Source: Schmidtea polychroa
Lineage: Eukaryota
NCBI GenBank assembly: GCA_044892525.1
Contig: CM097885.1
Coordinates: 48,672,001 to 48,736,000 of the forward strand
DNA: 64,000 bases
Direction of reading: 5' to 3'
The notes beneath the pieces are model-generated. The model was given only the letters and a program-made list of their open reading frames with translations. It had not been told where the DNA came from and ran no database searches. The translations under genes were made by a program, and so were the position numbers. Below are positions 1 to 13,874 of the stretch, piece after piece. Every line of letters begins with the position of its first letter. Position 1 is the first letter of the stretch.

Positions 1-246
1 AACAGATATCTCATATTTTTATGCAATTTAAGTCGACACTCAGATCTTTTCTAATTAAGCTGTATATAACCAAAATGGCTTTCTTTTCTAGCTTGTTCTG
101 AAGTGAACTATTGAAAATATGGAAAATTTCGGCGGTTTCCAAATTTATTAATATGCATAAAATATGTTTGTGCACTATAAGTTAAAGTTGATGATTTCCT
201 CTTCCTTTTCTTTAACTAACAATCTATTTTTTCATATCTTTAAAAG

Positions 247-1061
247 TGTTGGGGTTAGGGCAAAAACCAAAAGTTTATATATAAGAGGAAAGCATAACAA
301 ATAATGGTGAAATCAATAAAAGTACAAAATTAATTAAAATTTAATAAAAATCAAAGATCAATATTGAACGGGGGTATCGGGCATGGTTGAACGCCAAATT
401 GATAGACGAGTTCAGAAATTATAATAAAAATTTAATAAGGTGTTCACAGGGAAAAATATGGAGAAAAAACAAATTAACTAAAATTAATTAATCGGTAATG
501 GAAAACCCGAGCCAATGGGAAGTCCGAGCCCATGGGAAACCCCAGCACTGTAGGAAACCCGATGCGCAGTGAGACCCGAGCAAAAGGATAAAAGAAGAAA
601 TATTTTGAGCCCTAATCAAGGGTAAATAAATTAAAATTATCCAATATTGATTTTGGGTCCTGGAGAAACAATAGCGCAATTTTCTAAATAATTGGCCTCT
701 CATAAAAAGTATAAAAAGAGACCTCAGAAGTGAACAAGCCGCCAGTTGGTCGAAGAAAAGAAAACTCGAAAGTTAGACAGAGTAACAAGAAAAACCGTGA
801 AGTTAGTATCAAGTGAATAAAATTAAATCAAACATACCAGAAAGGGACATCTCCCATTGGAAGATTCATCCCTACGCGAGATTTCCAGTAATATTGAAAG
901 GTGCAAAAAGTGGTTGTATCAAGTGTGGTGGAATCAGTAAAAGTGTAACAAAGGTGTAATTGTATTAGTCTCAAATAAAGATTTTGTGTTGAGTGTTTAA
1001 TTTATTTTCAAAGGACACGAAGGAATCAGACAGTGATACCGACTTGCATTAATACCCAACA
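247..1061 (+). mobile_element. Solo LTR of a Gypsy-type retrotransposon
   Basis: Starts TGTTGGG and ends CCCAACA (inverted termini), flanked by a 4-bp direct repeat AAAG (243-246, 1062-1065). Shares the repeated GGAAA(A)CCCGAGC motif block with the LTR at 35427-36483. Confidence 0.85.
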
Positions 1062-2157
1062 AAAGTGAATTTATCAAATGATCCTATTGAAATAGACCTT
1101 TATAAAATCTTAGAGGTTTTTTTTAGATTTTTTAATTTTCAATAAAAAATAATGAAATGCAATTTTAATGAATTTTGATTGGAGATTAATTTTAGCAACA
1201 TCATTTTAAATAACCAATCGAACAAAAATGAAGCCGGTAAAACATAAAAAAATTTTAATTTTAATTTATTCTAAATATTATAAGATATTAAAACTAAAAT
1301 GATTAAATTTTTAATACTCAAAATATTCTCAATTTTGAACACAATTATATTAATAATGATAATCAAAACAGATTTGACTTGTAATAAATAATATCAAGGT
1401 AAATGTTCTTTTTCAGTTGTCATTAATGATATATGGCAGACAGAAGATGCAACTGGTAGAGAATAATTCACCAGACTAGATTCTTGTTTGATTTTCTAGC
1501 TGTTTTTAATTAATTCAATGAGGATTTTTAGAAGGATTTAACACTTTTGTGAACGGCAGATGTGTTTCAGTTATTTTCATGATTATTCACGATTAAAGAT
1601 AATTTTTTTATTCAGAAGATTCGACGAAGAAAATAGTTTCAACAGACTGCAAACTGATGTAGTCATGCAGATAATGATCGATTCGATGTCATGCCGGAAT
1701 AATTGACATACAATTATGAACAAATTTTAACAATTTGATGATTTTGTGGGATATTTTAACTAAATCTACCAATTTTTCAGTATTCAGTCGTATTTTCTAG
1801 CATTTTGAGCGACTTGGGAAATCTCAGTTATCAATTTAAGTCGAAGGTTTCAACAAAGTTTTTAAAAAACTAAACTCCATTTCAAATTATTTTTTTTAAT
1901 TAATATTATTTAATAATTATATCAATATAGAAAACTCTACATAATATCAATAAATTAAATAATCTAAATTCTTTCCTAAATGTCTTAAAAAAATTGATGT
2001 TTTTGGTGATTACTTTATTTATTTATAATTATAAAAATATCTAACTTACATTTTAACGAAATAATTCCAGATAAAGGCATAAAATATCATAAAATTCCTA
2101 AAAACACCTGAAATTTAATTATCAATGTTATATTATAAATGCTGACTAACAGTAATG

Positions 2158-2543
2158 TTTAAGAACTTGAATAATGATCTCATAATTATATAAAATCAAA
2201 ATTCACGTCTTAAAAGTTACTTAAAATTCAAAAACTTACCTTACAACGATTTTTGAAAAATTGAAATTAAGTTAACATTATCATATAAATGGTGAGTCAC
2301 CTCAACTGGTGTGCACAGCAACGTATATTATAGACAATGTTAACTTTCGGAATTAGGTGTATAGTGGTGATTTGTGTGTATATCATTAAATTGACTCAAA
2401 AACTTAATAAATTTCATTTCTTGAAATTTATTTTAGGCAATTTTAAAATGGCTTAAAGGTAAGTAAATTTTTAAGTCTTAAGTAAATTTAAAGACTTGAA
2501 TTTTGATCCATATAGATATGAGATCATTATTCAAGTTCTTAAA
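2158..2543. repeat. Imperfect ~85-bp inverted repeat pair (MITE/foldback-like)
   Basis: TTTAAGAACTTGAATAATGATCTCATA... at ~2158-2242 is the reverse complement of ...TATGAGATCATTATTCAAGTTCTTAAA at ~2456-2543. No clear TSD. Confidence 0.55.
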
Positions 2544-3020
2544 TTTTACTTCATCTGGGGCGTCATGAAGAATTACAATGACATATTTCTTCATTCCTAA
2601 CCTCACCCATTCATCGATTGTAAAGCAAAATCTTAGGTTATTTTTAATTTTCTCTGACAATTCACAAATAATTTTATTTTTAATTTCTTTAAAATGGTCA
2701 TGTATTGATTTCATTACATCGGTTTCATTTTTAGGCAGCTTAAATCCACATTTATCAATAGATTCTCGCAAAAAATCCGACCTGGTAATAGCTCTTGTTA
2801 AAATTCCTACTACTGCTGCCAATTTCTTCTAAACTTATACGTTTTACAAAATCCATCACTGCCTTTGGTTTTTTAATTGAACATCATATTTCAGAATCAG
2901 CTTCCAGTTCGCATTTGTCCAAATTTGGATGAATATTGTGAGTTTTAAGGTGCTTGAATGCCGATATTTTATTGAATCAACAATAGATATATTCGTTTTA
3001 CATATATTATACTCAATTTT
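2478..3020 (-). pseudogene. Degenerate hAT-family transposase fragment
   Basis: ORF 2478-2822 contains FCFTIDEW...KKYVIVILH, resembling the hAT catalytic (T)xDxW region. BED-finger-like remnants lie upstream. Truncated. Confidence 0.6.
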
Positions 3021-5347
3021 TTATTCTGCAATTGAGTAAGATATTCACAGACTTTTGATAATTTTTTTTGTGACATTGTTTCTGAGAAGAGCTAACAAAT
3101 TAATAAAATTTATAATAAATTGATTTTATTAATTACTAATTACTTTTCACACATAAAATAACTTCGTCAATAATATTAATTATTACGAAATAATATTAAA
3201 TTATTATGTGTATATAAATTTGAAAACCAAATTTTGTTGTTTAAAAATTTTTATTTTTACTTCAGACAAACATGAAATGGAATAATTGAATTTTCTATTC
3301 AAATTTTGAGCAAATTAACATTTAACACACTTCAATACTGTGGCAATACTAAATTATTGTAGACTAAGCAGTTACATTGTACATTGAATATTGTATAAGA
3401 AAAATGAAGCTTAATTTCTTAAAATGATTACGTTCGGATAATTTAGTTCGAAATTTACACCAAGTTTATTAGCTGTTTACAATTTCATTTTTCAATTTTA
3501 TTTAAGTAAACTTTGATTGTAATCAGTAACAATTGAAAGTGAAGACGAGTCTTTATTAATGTCCACAGCAATGTGTATAATTCAAAAAAATAAATAAAGC
3601 ATAAATTAAGGAATTCGACAAAATATTCCTACAGACGTAGCTTTTTAATTTACTGGACTTTGTTTAATTTTAAAATATTGGATTCGTCAAATATTAGAGT
3701 CAATTATAGAATCTGAGTAACTATCCAGAAACTCCACGTGTCCGAATTTAGTCCAACAACCCTAAATCATCTCTAGTATTTGAGGAATTTAGATTCTGAC
3801 ATTGGTAGATTCAAAGACGAGAATAAATATGTTAAATACAAGGAGTGGGTATTTGTTAGAAGTAAATCCTATAGTTTTTGGGTAATAAGAAAAATACTAA
3901 GGCAAAGGAAGTCAACTTTAAGATACTGACTAAATACATCAGTCGTACCTAAATTGTTACAATAAAAATCAGATTTTTTCTGTTCTTCAGAGTAGGATAA
4001 TTATTAAAAATCCCTAACTTTTCACTAATAAAAAAAAATAAAACGGGGAAGAGGGAAGTTGGTATTGGCTCCATGGGCTCACATTTTTCTTTTTTATTAA
4101 TTAAATAACGTAATTATTCGGAAATTATAAAATTAAATTTGCATTGCTTTATGATAATAAAATATGACTTTTAATAAATAATATATAAGTAAAATAAAAA
4201 TTATAGAATAAAGAAAGAAAATATTATTCTAAAGCAATAAAAAATAAAAATTTTTAAAATTAGAATTTTCAAGGTATTTCAAAATGTTTTCTCTAATATA
4301 ATTAAAAGTCCGTTTAGAGTTTCTTGAATGACTTTTGAATGTCCAATAACTGCTGGCATAGTTAAGCCTTGTTGAAAGGCCTGGGAAAGAAATGGCTTCC
4401 TTGATCTCGTTCACAAGTACAGTGCAAATTTCAAATTACAGTGCAAATCACTCACATTTGATTGGCCAAGAATTTCTTGAAAAATTTAAATTATTTCATT
4501 ATTGATATATTTTATACAATTCAAAATTTACTTTAATTAATTAAATTGAATCATTTTCTTATTAATTTTCAATTTTTTTTAACTTTGAATTACATTTACT
4601 GCCGGGAGCAGAGATTTGTTTTGGAAAATGAATTAACCATCTGCATGAATTATTAGATTTTCGAAACCGTTTATTAAAATACTCGGAAAATAATTATAAA
4701 AAAATTATTATGAAATTTTTAAACGGATCGATTTTTTAAAATTATAAATGAAATAAAAACTTGTTAGAGTTGAGTTAATTAATTAAAATCAAATTAATTG
4801 AATCGAGAGTGTAAAAAATTAAATTTTGATGTAATTGCAATTGGATATTTGATTGCCCTGACCCTTAGGCTATATTACATAACCTGTTAAAATTAGTGTG
4901 TATGCATGTTTGTTTGATAAATACTTGAGTTCTCAGATTATGCGATTGTTTATTATTTATCTCAATTATACATGTAGTATATATATATATATATTGTTTT
5001 TTTATTATTATATTTTTCACGTATTGTTATTTAATCTTATAACAATTTTTTATGAGGGAAATGTAAACAGATGGAAATTTAATAAAATATTAATTAAATA
5101 ATTTCAAATTAACGGGAGCCTCGGAGAAGGTATAGATTCAAAAATACAAAATAATTAATTAAAAATGGTTTAGGTCATTAATTATTGTGATTGAGAAAAT
5201 ATGAATTCAATAATTAACACAGAATAAATTGTTTAATTTAATTTGGTTATTGATGTGAAAGAATGCTCAAAAAATTCAAATTATAATATGACGATTATAT
5301 ATGACGTAACACCACGAAGAACTTTGAACAATTACCATAAAGTTTAA

Positions 5348-5587
5348 CCCTTTCCAGCCCAAATTTTTTCAAAACAAAAAAAAATATATGCAGTAAGTAG
5401 GTACCAAAACTACTTATTTTATCATAAAAATATTTTACTTCATTTTTTTTGTTGCCCCCTGTGCCAACTGTTAAAAACATATCTTACTATAGTTCTCACT
5501 AGTTACTGCCAACCGTTTTGGTAGTAGAGAGAAAAAAACAGAGTTTTTAACTAATGATTCCATTTGGAATCACTGGGCTGGAAAGGG
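5348..5587. mobile_element. piggyBac-type MITE
   Basis: 14-bp TIRs CCCTTTCCAGCCCA / TGGGCTGGAAAGGG, flanked by TTAA on both sides. Confidence 0.85.
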
Positions 5588-5732
5588 TTAAACAAATTCT
5601 GCTCGATCAAAACTCGAGCTCCTCAGTATGTGGATAAAATCTGTGTCTGAGATGAGTAAAATAGGCATCTATGATTTTAACATTTTATTACAAATTGGTA
5701 GTGATACTGTTTTTGGGAGGCAACAATTAAAT

Positions 5733-5981
5733 CAGCCATGGCCAACCGGTGACCCGCAAAGCGTTTTGATGTGGCCTGGACACAATTTTAAACATCAAAT
5801 CAATAATTGTCTTTTTTAGAATTCATATTCGAATTAAGCATGTTTTTAATTTAAAAAATTGATTCTAAGTTTACTTGAATCGTAAAAACGAGTTATATTT
5901 ATTTAAATGAATTTATTGTGGCCCGTGATAATATTTTTCCGAAAATTTGGCCCTTCGATTGATTTGGGTTGGCCACCACTG
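5733..5981. mobile_element. hAT-type MITE
   Basis: Imperfect TIRs CAGCCATGGCCAACC / GGTTGGCCACCACTG with an exact 8-bp TSD AATTAAAT. Confidence 0.85.
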
Positions 5982-7503
5982 AATTAAATGATAAAAAATA
6001 TTATTGTATATTTAATATATTATTTGTTATATCTGTAAATATTATCTGCATGTTTCATCGAACAGATGTAAACAAATTTATTTATAAAATATAATTTGTT
6101 TATCCTATTTCATTTATTATTTAAAATTTATTTTCCCCAAAACTACATCATTACCAAAATTTTAAACTTATTGGGAAAGTGTAATATGTGAAGATATGTA
6201 GATAAGATCATTGAATCCGAAAATTAATTTGTAAAATGTTAAAACGTCTTTAAATTGTTTGAATGATAAATTGAATGCATGTGGATTGTTGTTTTAATTT
6301 ACAAATGAACGGATAATTTATTAAGTTAAATAATTTTGTTTTCAAAATATTTTTTAAATTTACAAAGATTATTATTATAAAACGATGGTTTTTTGGTAGT
6401 AGCATAAATTAAATGTTAAACAAGTAAATGATATTAATATATATTTGCAGCAAAATGCTATTATTTAAAATTTTAAAGTATATTAATAATAAACAAATAT
6501 TCTTTTAAATTTCTGACACTTAAACTTCGTGCTTTGAAGATTTTAAATTATTTCATCCAGGAGGTTATAAATTTCAATATGAATATGACTTTCTTCTTCT
6601 ATGTAAAACATGTTTGAAAGAACTTGATTAATTGCACTTATCTCTTGCTTACCAAATTCATTATATTCTTTCACAAATCATTTCGTAATATTTGACATAA
6701 TCTTAAATAGTTTTTCTATGGAAAGTTTTCCAAACACAAATATGTTAACGGAAATTTTCTGTTAAAAGATTTTTTTCTAATAACGTAAATTTTTTCATTA
6801 TTTAAATTTTCATTTCATTATTCAATCAACTTTTCCAGTTGAAGAAAAAATTTATTTGATAATAATTAAGTAATAGACATTAAAATCAAACGTAAAGGTA
6901 ATCAGAAATGAAAGAGAATTGAAAGCTAAATGATAAATTTAGGTCAAATTTTCAATGAGAAAAATGATTTTATGTTAATTAGGATGATATTAAAAAATTG
7001 AGTTTTGATACAATTTTGATACAATACAAAGCATTTACATAATTTTGGATGGTGACATCAGATTTAGTTCAAGTGCAAAATGATCTCATTTCTATATAAT
7101 TTTCATAAAGAAAAAATTACAATAACTAACAAGTCATTTTATTATAAATTTATTACTTGCTTGTTTAATATTACTTTTAATTATTAATTTAATTTGTAAT
7201 TATTTATGTCTTAATTTGTTATTTATTTATACAATATCCCATTTTTATTATTATTATTATTAAAAGTCGAATATATATTCTATTTCAAGTAACAAATTAA
7301 CTGCTGGAATAAAATTTCAAAACTTAATAAAAACAAAACAAATGATATTCAGCAAAAAGTAAATAAAATATTTTCAGAAATCCACTTAATGGCGATAAGT
7401 GGACTATTTCAATAATCAAAATTTATGACCATCTTTATTAGAAAAAAAATTATTTCTTAGAATTTATGAAACAATATTTAATAATAGGACTAATTAAATT
7501 TAA

Positions 7504-7554
<51 letters not shown>

Positions 7555-7578
7555 TATAATAATAATAATAATAATTAT

Positions 7579-7653
<75 letters not shown>
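7504..7653. repeat. (AAT)n microsatellite
   Basis: Direct reading; it produces the spurious poly-Ile ORFs. Confidence 0.95.
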
Positions 7654-7654
<1 letters not shown>

Positions 7655-8289
7655 GAAGACGAAAAATAAAATAAATAATAAGTTTTACTATTCATTCATG
7701 AAAAAATAGATTTCTCCTATTTTTATTTTAATGCTTTATATACATTTTATTCTCAAAAGATTGCTCATGTTAATTTATTGATGCTGCTATAATTTTCATG
7801 CGACTATTCTTGATCTATTACTTCCAATGCGGCTATAATAAAGATTTCACGATTTTCTTTTATTTTTATTTATTTATATACTTAATGACTAATTTGAAAA
7901 AGTTGAAATTTTGTTTAACTTGAAAATTGAGTCTTGGCATTTCCAAGACAAAACATAAAAGAAATCTTCATTGAAATTACCGAATCTTTCATTTACTATT
8001 AATCGGCAAATCGACTTCATTAACATAATCACATTTGTCACATTTCAAGAATTTCTATTTTTAATGTAAATTTGAAATTCAGTAAAATAATAAAAATAAA
8101 ACAAATCTATTTTTTCCAAGAAATATTTTATGGAAGTCCTAAAATATAAAATGATGTTAAAATAAAATTTTCATATAATATATGAACGAAAAAATGTGAA
8201 CTTAAAATCAGAATATTTAGATGAATATTTGAAAATTTTATTTTAATAAATTTTAAATTGAAAAGGTAATTTGGTAAGATTGAGGGTTT

Positions 8290-8520
8290 CAGACACAATA
8301 TTAAAGTGTCGTTGCAAAATTATGTTTTCAGTGGCAAAAGAAATTAACTACTTTCTTCTATTTCTTGATTTGTTAGTAAAAAGGGTTTCGAAAAAGAAAT
8401 ATATAGAAAACCAACAGATACAAGCCTATACAATACTTAGAACAGCTTTTATGACTTGAAATATAATAAAAATATGATTAACTGTTTGGTTTTTAGTTAG
8501 TAGTCATTAACTTCTAAATT
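8290..8520 (+). pseudogene. Penelope-like retroelement RT C-terminal fragment
   Basis: FSVAKEINYFLLFLDLLV followed, after a frameshift, by YRKPTDTSLY matches the F.xE.E...LPFLD...YRKPT motif of Penelope RTs. Confidence 0.65.
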
Positions 8521-10954
8521 TTTGAAAAATCTAGCAATATTTTGCATAAGCTTGTTTATCTTTTTAGTAAAAAGGGATATTTAAACAGTTTTACAGAAAG
8601 ATTGACTAAGGAAACCATCGATTGCCTTTAGATTGCGTCGTGAAAACAATGGAAATTATAGTTCTTTTAATGATGATGAATATATAAAATCTCAAGTTTA
8701 AGTTATTCCATATTCGTAAAGTTTTAAAAGTTTTAAGTTTTCTGTCATGAAATCAGTAGGCAATTTCAATATTTTTAAGGTCAGGGTTAGGGGTTAATGT
8801 TAGGGTGAATATTAAAAAAACATCGATATCTTTACTGATTCATAGTCAAGTTTTATAATAAATACAATATATAAAGTTGAAAAATAATAAAAATAAAATA
8901 AAATTTCTTTTCCAGATTTATGAAATATTTTCGAATAATATTATTTTTCATTTTTAAACCATAAAACGACAATCAACTCGTAATTCACATAATAATAATT
9001 ATAGAAAATGTTAGACTTGGATAATTCTAATAAATTTTATTAATATTTATCGCTTTTCAACATATTTTCAATTGATATTTAATTTCTATGAATATGAAGA
9101 AATAAATGTAGATCAAAAAAATTATTATTATAAAAGAATATAATATTAGGGATTGTTTAAATGTTTATACAATATATTTCTAAATAGTAATTTAATAAAT
9201 TACAAATTAATTTTACAATTTTGGAAATTTTTAAAACATCCCCTCATTTTTTATATCATTAATTACTTCATTTAAACAAGGAGTTCTCAACCCAATGGCT
9301 ATGAAGGTATTGAGTGTACCTCATTGATCCTAATCAATATTGTTTCAAAGACAATAGTTACTAAATATGTAAAAATAACATTATTGTAAAACTTTACAGT
9401 AAATTATTTACATTTATAAATTATAATTCTGACTTTTGTCTTGTTTATTTATCAAAATTTGCGCAGAAAAATGGCGTTGTGTCTAATTACAACTTTATCA
9501 CTTTTTAAACTATTATAGCAATTGCGGTTAACTTAAAGTTATAAGATTATCAATATAACCGCCCATGAAAAAATGTTGTTCACCCCAGATTTAAACTTTT
9601 TTCCATACATATGTTGGGTAAAACTGGCACTAACCTTGTTTTGTTTGTCTAGCACCATCACATAACGATATAAAGACGCAAAAATTCAAATAAGACAGAA
9701 ATGGATCATTAGAAACAGCTAAAATAGGATTCATAATAAAAAGTTTAAAAAGAAAATCAAAGAAACAATACCAAAGTAAAAAACACCAAATAATCGAAAA
9801 TAAAATAAAAAATAGCCGAAACATACGAAAAAACAATTAAATTAAATATTAGGAGCACTTTACTCGTCGGCTTTAAAAACTTTAAATTTTCGGTACAATA
9901 TACGTTTTAATGAAACGTTACGAAAACATTGCGCTCGGGGTTATAGGGTTAAGTTGATTCCATTTGTATTTATTTTATTGGATTTGGATTTTGGTTTAAA
10001 GAAAAACCGTATTTTTCGATTGTTTTTTGATAATAATGTTAAAGTATTTGATGTGAAAAGTAAATAGCGGTTCGCACGTATAATATATATTGCACTGAAT
10101 TTTTTGATGATGAGGGGCAATGATGAATTAACACACAGTACCTTCCACGGTGGACTCATGAACCTTTAGACGCATCAGACCATTGGCAGGTCTAATTATG
10201 AGACTCGCCGTTTGCTTGATGCAACCCGCTATCGCATAGTAATAAAAACATTATACGTTGCGGTAAGTAGATGAGTAATAAACGCAGACAAGCAAACAGT
10301 AAGATTTGCCTTTACCGTATATCCAGTATATACTAAGCATTATTTTTACTTTATATCGTCAAATATTCAAAGTTTTGAAACAGATAGCCCTCGTATTACA
10401 CGTCTATTAAATATTTTACTGAAGCTAGTAAGTGTTGAAAAGAAAGTATCGACGTGTCACTTACGGTATGACCAGTGATTGTAAAGGAAAATGTTCAGTG
10501 GATTGTTTTTTCAATTTTTCATAAAATTACAACAGTTTCTTATTGAAATTTTTATCAATTTTCTTTGGTCAAAATTAATATATTTAACTTGAATAAACAA
10601 AATTGTCAGCAATACGTATTCAATCCGTATTTATAAAGATTAGCAAGTTGATAATATTAAGTGAAATACAATTTAGTAACCCTTATAAAATGTGATTGCC
10701 TGAGAAATGGGTAAATTTTTTGATAAATTCATTTTTTTTGCCAGTTTAAAAAATCTGTTGTTCACCCTTCCACTTAATTTAGAAATTTTGTTATCTTTAT
10801 CAAAGTGAGCTTCTGAAGTGATTATCAAATGGTCCCTTGGGATTACCATAAATTATTATCCCATCAACTTCAATGAATTTGAATAACTTTTAATATAGCT
10901 TTGAAATTATTTTCCATAAAATTTATTTATTAGAATTATATAAAGAATTTTTTT

Positions 10955-11158
<204 letters not shown>

Positions 11159-11441
11159 GGGAATGGTTCCAGTATGAAAAAGCAGGAGCCAGAGAAGGAA
11201 GTAAGAACCGATCAAAGTGGAGAGGGATAGAAGGTTGTATCAGAATTGTGAATTTAGGAAGACTATAAATGTAATTAATTTAATGTCAAAATAAATAAAT
11301 AATAATGAAAGGGCCTTGTGGGTCTCGTACTATTTGATTTTGAAATAGAACTTACAATGCCAGACGACAGAAAAAATTATTATTATTATTATTTCCCGTC
11401 ACCTTTGTATTCAAGCTCGTCATCTTTATAGACCGAAGGTA

Positions 11442-11624
11442 TTGACCAAAATTAGTAAGCGCAATAAGGGCTATTTGAGAAAAATAGATATGTCTGATTT
11501 TAACATTTTATTAAAAATTTTTAATAATTATTATGAACGTGTAATTTGTGAAGCTTTGTTGATTAAATTATTGAATCTTAAAATTAATGTGCCAAATACT
11601 TGTGTTTTGAATGTTTTTAAATAA
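11442..11624 (+). pseudogene. Penelope-like GIY-YIG endonuclease C-terminal remnant
   Basis: DFNILL...RVICEALLIK....IN resembles the F.IL...R.I.E...I....P..N end of Penelope GIY-YIG domains. Confidence 0.55.
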
Positions 11625-11707
11625 TTTGGATTCTAAGTTGTGAGTATGTAGGTTGTTGTGGTTTTAACCGTATTAAATTAAAATTATAAAATTTATATTG
11701 AAGAAAA

Positions 11708-11711
<4 letters not shown>

Positions 11712-11790
<79 letters not shown>
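11712..11790. repeat. (TA)n microsatellite
   Basis: Direct reading. Confidence 0.95.
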
Positions 11791-11794
<4 letters not shown>

Positions 11795-12416
11795 TTATTT
11801 GTGTTATTTATATTATTACAATTATTACATTACTATTATTTATTACTATTATTACATTTAATTTGAAAAATAATTTATATACATTAAATTCAAGAATAAT
11901 TTATTAATTCACAATTTTTTTGGTCTCATATGGATTTCAATTAAAAATGTCTCCAATGTCAAAGTGAAGAATAGTCCTCGAAAAATTATAAAATCTAAAC
12001 CTCATGAGATTCGAATCTCCATGAATTCATTTCATAAATCAGGATTTTTAAAAATAAAACTAGTTTACTAATTTTTATTTATCGATAAAGCTACTGAGAA
12101 TATATATTTTTCCTAATAATTATTTTTTAAGTAAATTTGATTTTTTTCTCTTTAGCCAATTTAAAATTTTTAATGATAAATATTTTAATAATAGAAATTT
12201 TATTACGGGTTCATTGTCGGCATTACTATTTGAGTTCAGGTATTTTTATCTTTACAAAATGTACGGAATATATGTTTAAATGAATGAATTATGCAATGGT
12301 TTGTGCGATTATGTCATCAATTGTATCTTTAAAATGGTTGGTTTGGACCGGCCATTGTACACTACTAGTAGCCATTACACAATGGGAATTACTAATAGAT
12401 ACTAAAGTAAGTTGTA

Positions 12417-12551
12417 ATGAATCCTAATAATACTGTATCTGATGCAAAAGGATTAATTGGTAGAAAGCTTGATGAACCCTCAGTTCAAAGTGACATGAAA
12501 CCCGGGTCATTTGATGTTATAACCGAACTTGGAAGACCAAAAATGGAAGTT
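12417..12551 (+). pseudogene. hsp70: Isolated Hsp70 N-terminal fragment
   Basis: [32 protein letters not shown]...GRPK resembles cytosolic Hsp70 MNPxNTVFDAKRLIGRKFDDxxVQSDMKHWPFxV. Conserved residues are mutated and similarity stops after ~45 codons. Confidence 0.8.
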
Positions 12552-13874
12552 CTAATTCACGTTGGATTTGAATTTACGCTGACAATTTATCATGGTAGCA
12601 GAGCGTGGTTCAAATCGGCATTTTCATACTTGAAGCTAACGAAGACTAAACAACGTTCTCTCCTGTCGGGATATACACCTGATTATGATTCCTTGGTTAG
12701 AGACATGCAAAGTCAGTCTTCCGATTAATGTTAAGGGAACAAAGTAAATTCTAAATCTGCATTTAACTGTGGCTACTTTGAATTAATAAATATTGTTAAT
12801 AATTATCGACGTTCTTTTAATTCCCCTGGACGTGAGTATTTGACCTTTAAATAATTATTGTTGATGTTTTTTTACATAGGTAGTTAAGCCGTATATCTAT
12901 ATTTCAGTACGAGATGTACTTACGAGCTATTAATCAATTAGCAAAAGTAAGTCATAATATTCTCTCGTGAAAATTTTTCTTGGCCCAAAAGAACAAGAAA
13001 ATGAAATATTGTAATCAAATTATCAGCCATACTGTGCATTTTTATAACAACTTTTTTATATTTACGAACAAATATTAGAACAACAATACATTGCAATTGA
13101 TAAAAAACTAAATTGCATTTTATGTTAGTAAAAATCTATCTCGAAAAAGTTGTTGTAAAATCGAAGTTTTTAGGTACCGCATGTACGGAATGTGCTATCA
13201 AAAGTTTAGTCTGGGAATTTATTTTCTTCGGGAGCCTAAATCTCAAAAACTAATAAGTTATTTGAAAATAAAAATAGGTTTGAACATATTTTTTACGTAT
13301 CTACCCATACCTCGCTGGAATACACCTTATGCTGAAAGACAGTGTACAAACATAGTATGCATTACACACCCATTATGACACTCTTAACAAAAAAAGTAGA
13401 TCTTGTATACAGAAAAGTTGGACACCCCTGTTACATAAAGTAACCAGGTCAAGAAATCTTAGTGATATTTGAATCAAAATGTAATAAATTGTTATTCAAT
13501 TATGCTCTAAGTAAACAAGATTACATAAGGGTCGAAGGTCAAAAGTCTTAGAATTTTATTCGAAACATTTAAAATTTTGGAAAAAAATATTTAAAATATC
13601 ATTTGGGCTAGAACTCAAAAAATTAACATTTATTATCTTGTTTTATTTGAGGTGATTCTGGTCAGCAAATCACTACTGAATTTTGTTAATGATCGTTTCA
13701 AAAATGCTTTACTATTTATAGTGATCTGATCAACATCTGCTTCGAATTTTGTATGACACCAGCTGTTATTATTCCCAGAATTAATTCTAATATAATCCGC
13801 ACAATGAATACTAATATCTCCAGCTGTTGCTCAATTAAATCAATATTGATTAATTGTTGCTTTAGCTCAATGTC

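Noticed and set aside
7450..7695. Poly-Ile ORFs (also poly-Tyr at 31309-31551 and low-complexity ORFs at 53658-53982)
   Set aside because: They are translations of AAT/TAT microsatellites.
8780..8810. Interstitial telomeric repeat
   Set aside because: Only two or three imperfect TTAGGG-like units.
11310..11440. Hammerhead ribozyme near the Penelope remnant
   Set aside because: No intact CTGANGA...GAAA core with supporting stems could be identified by eye.
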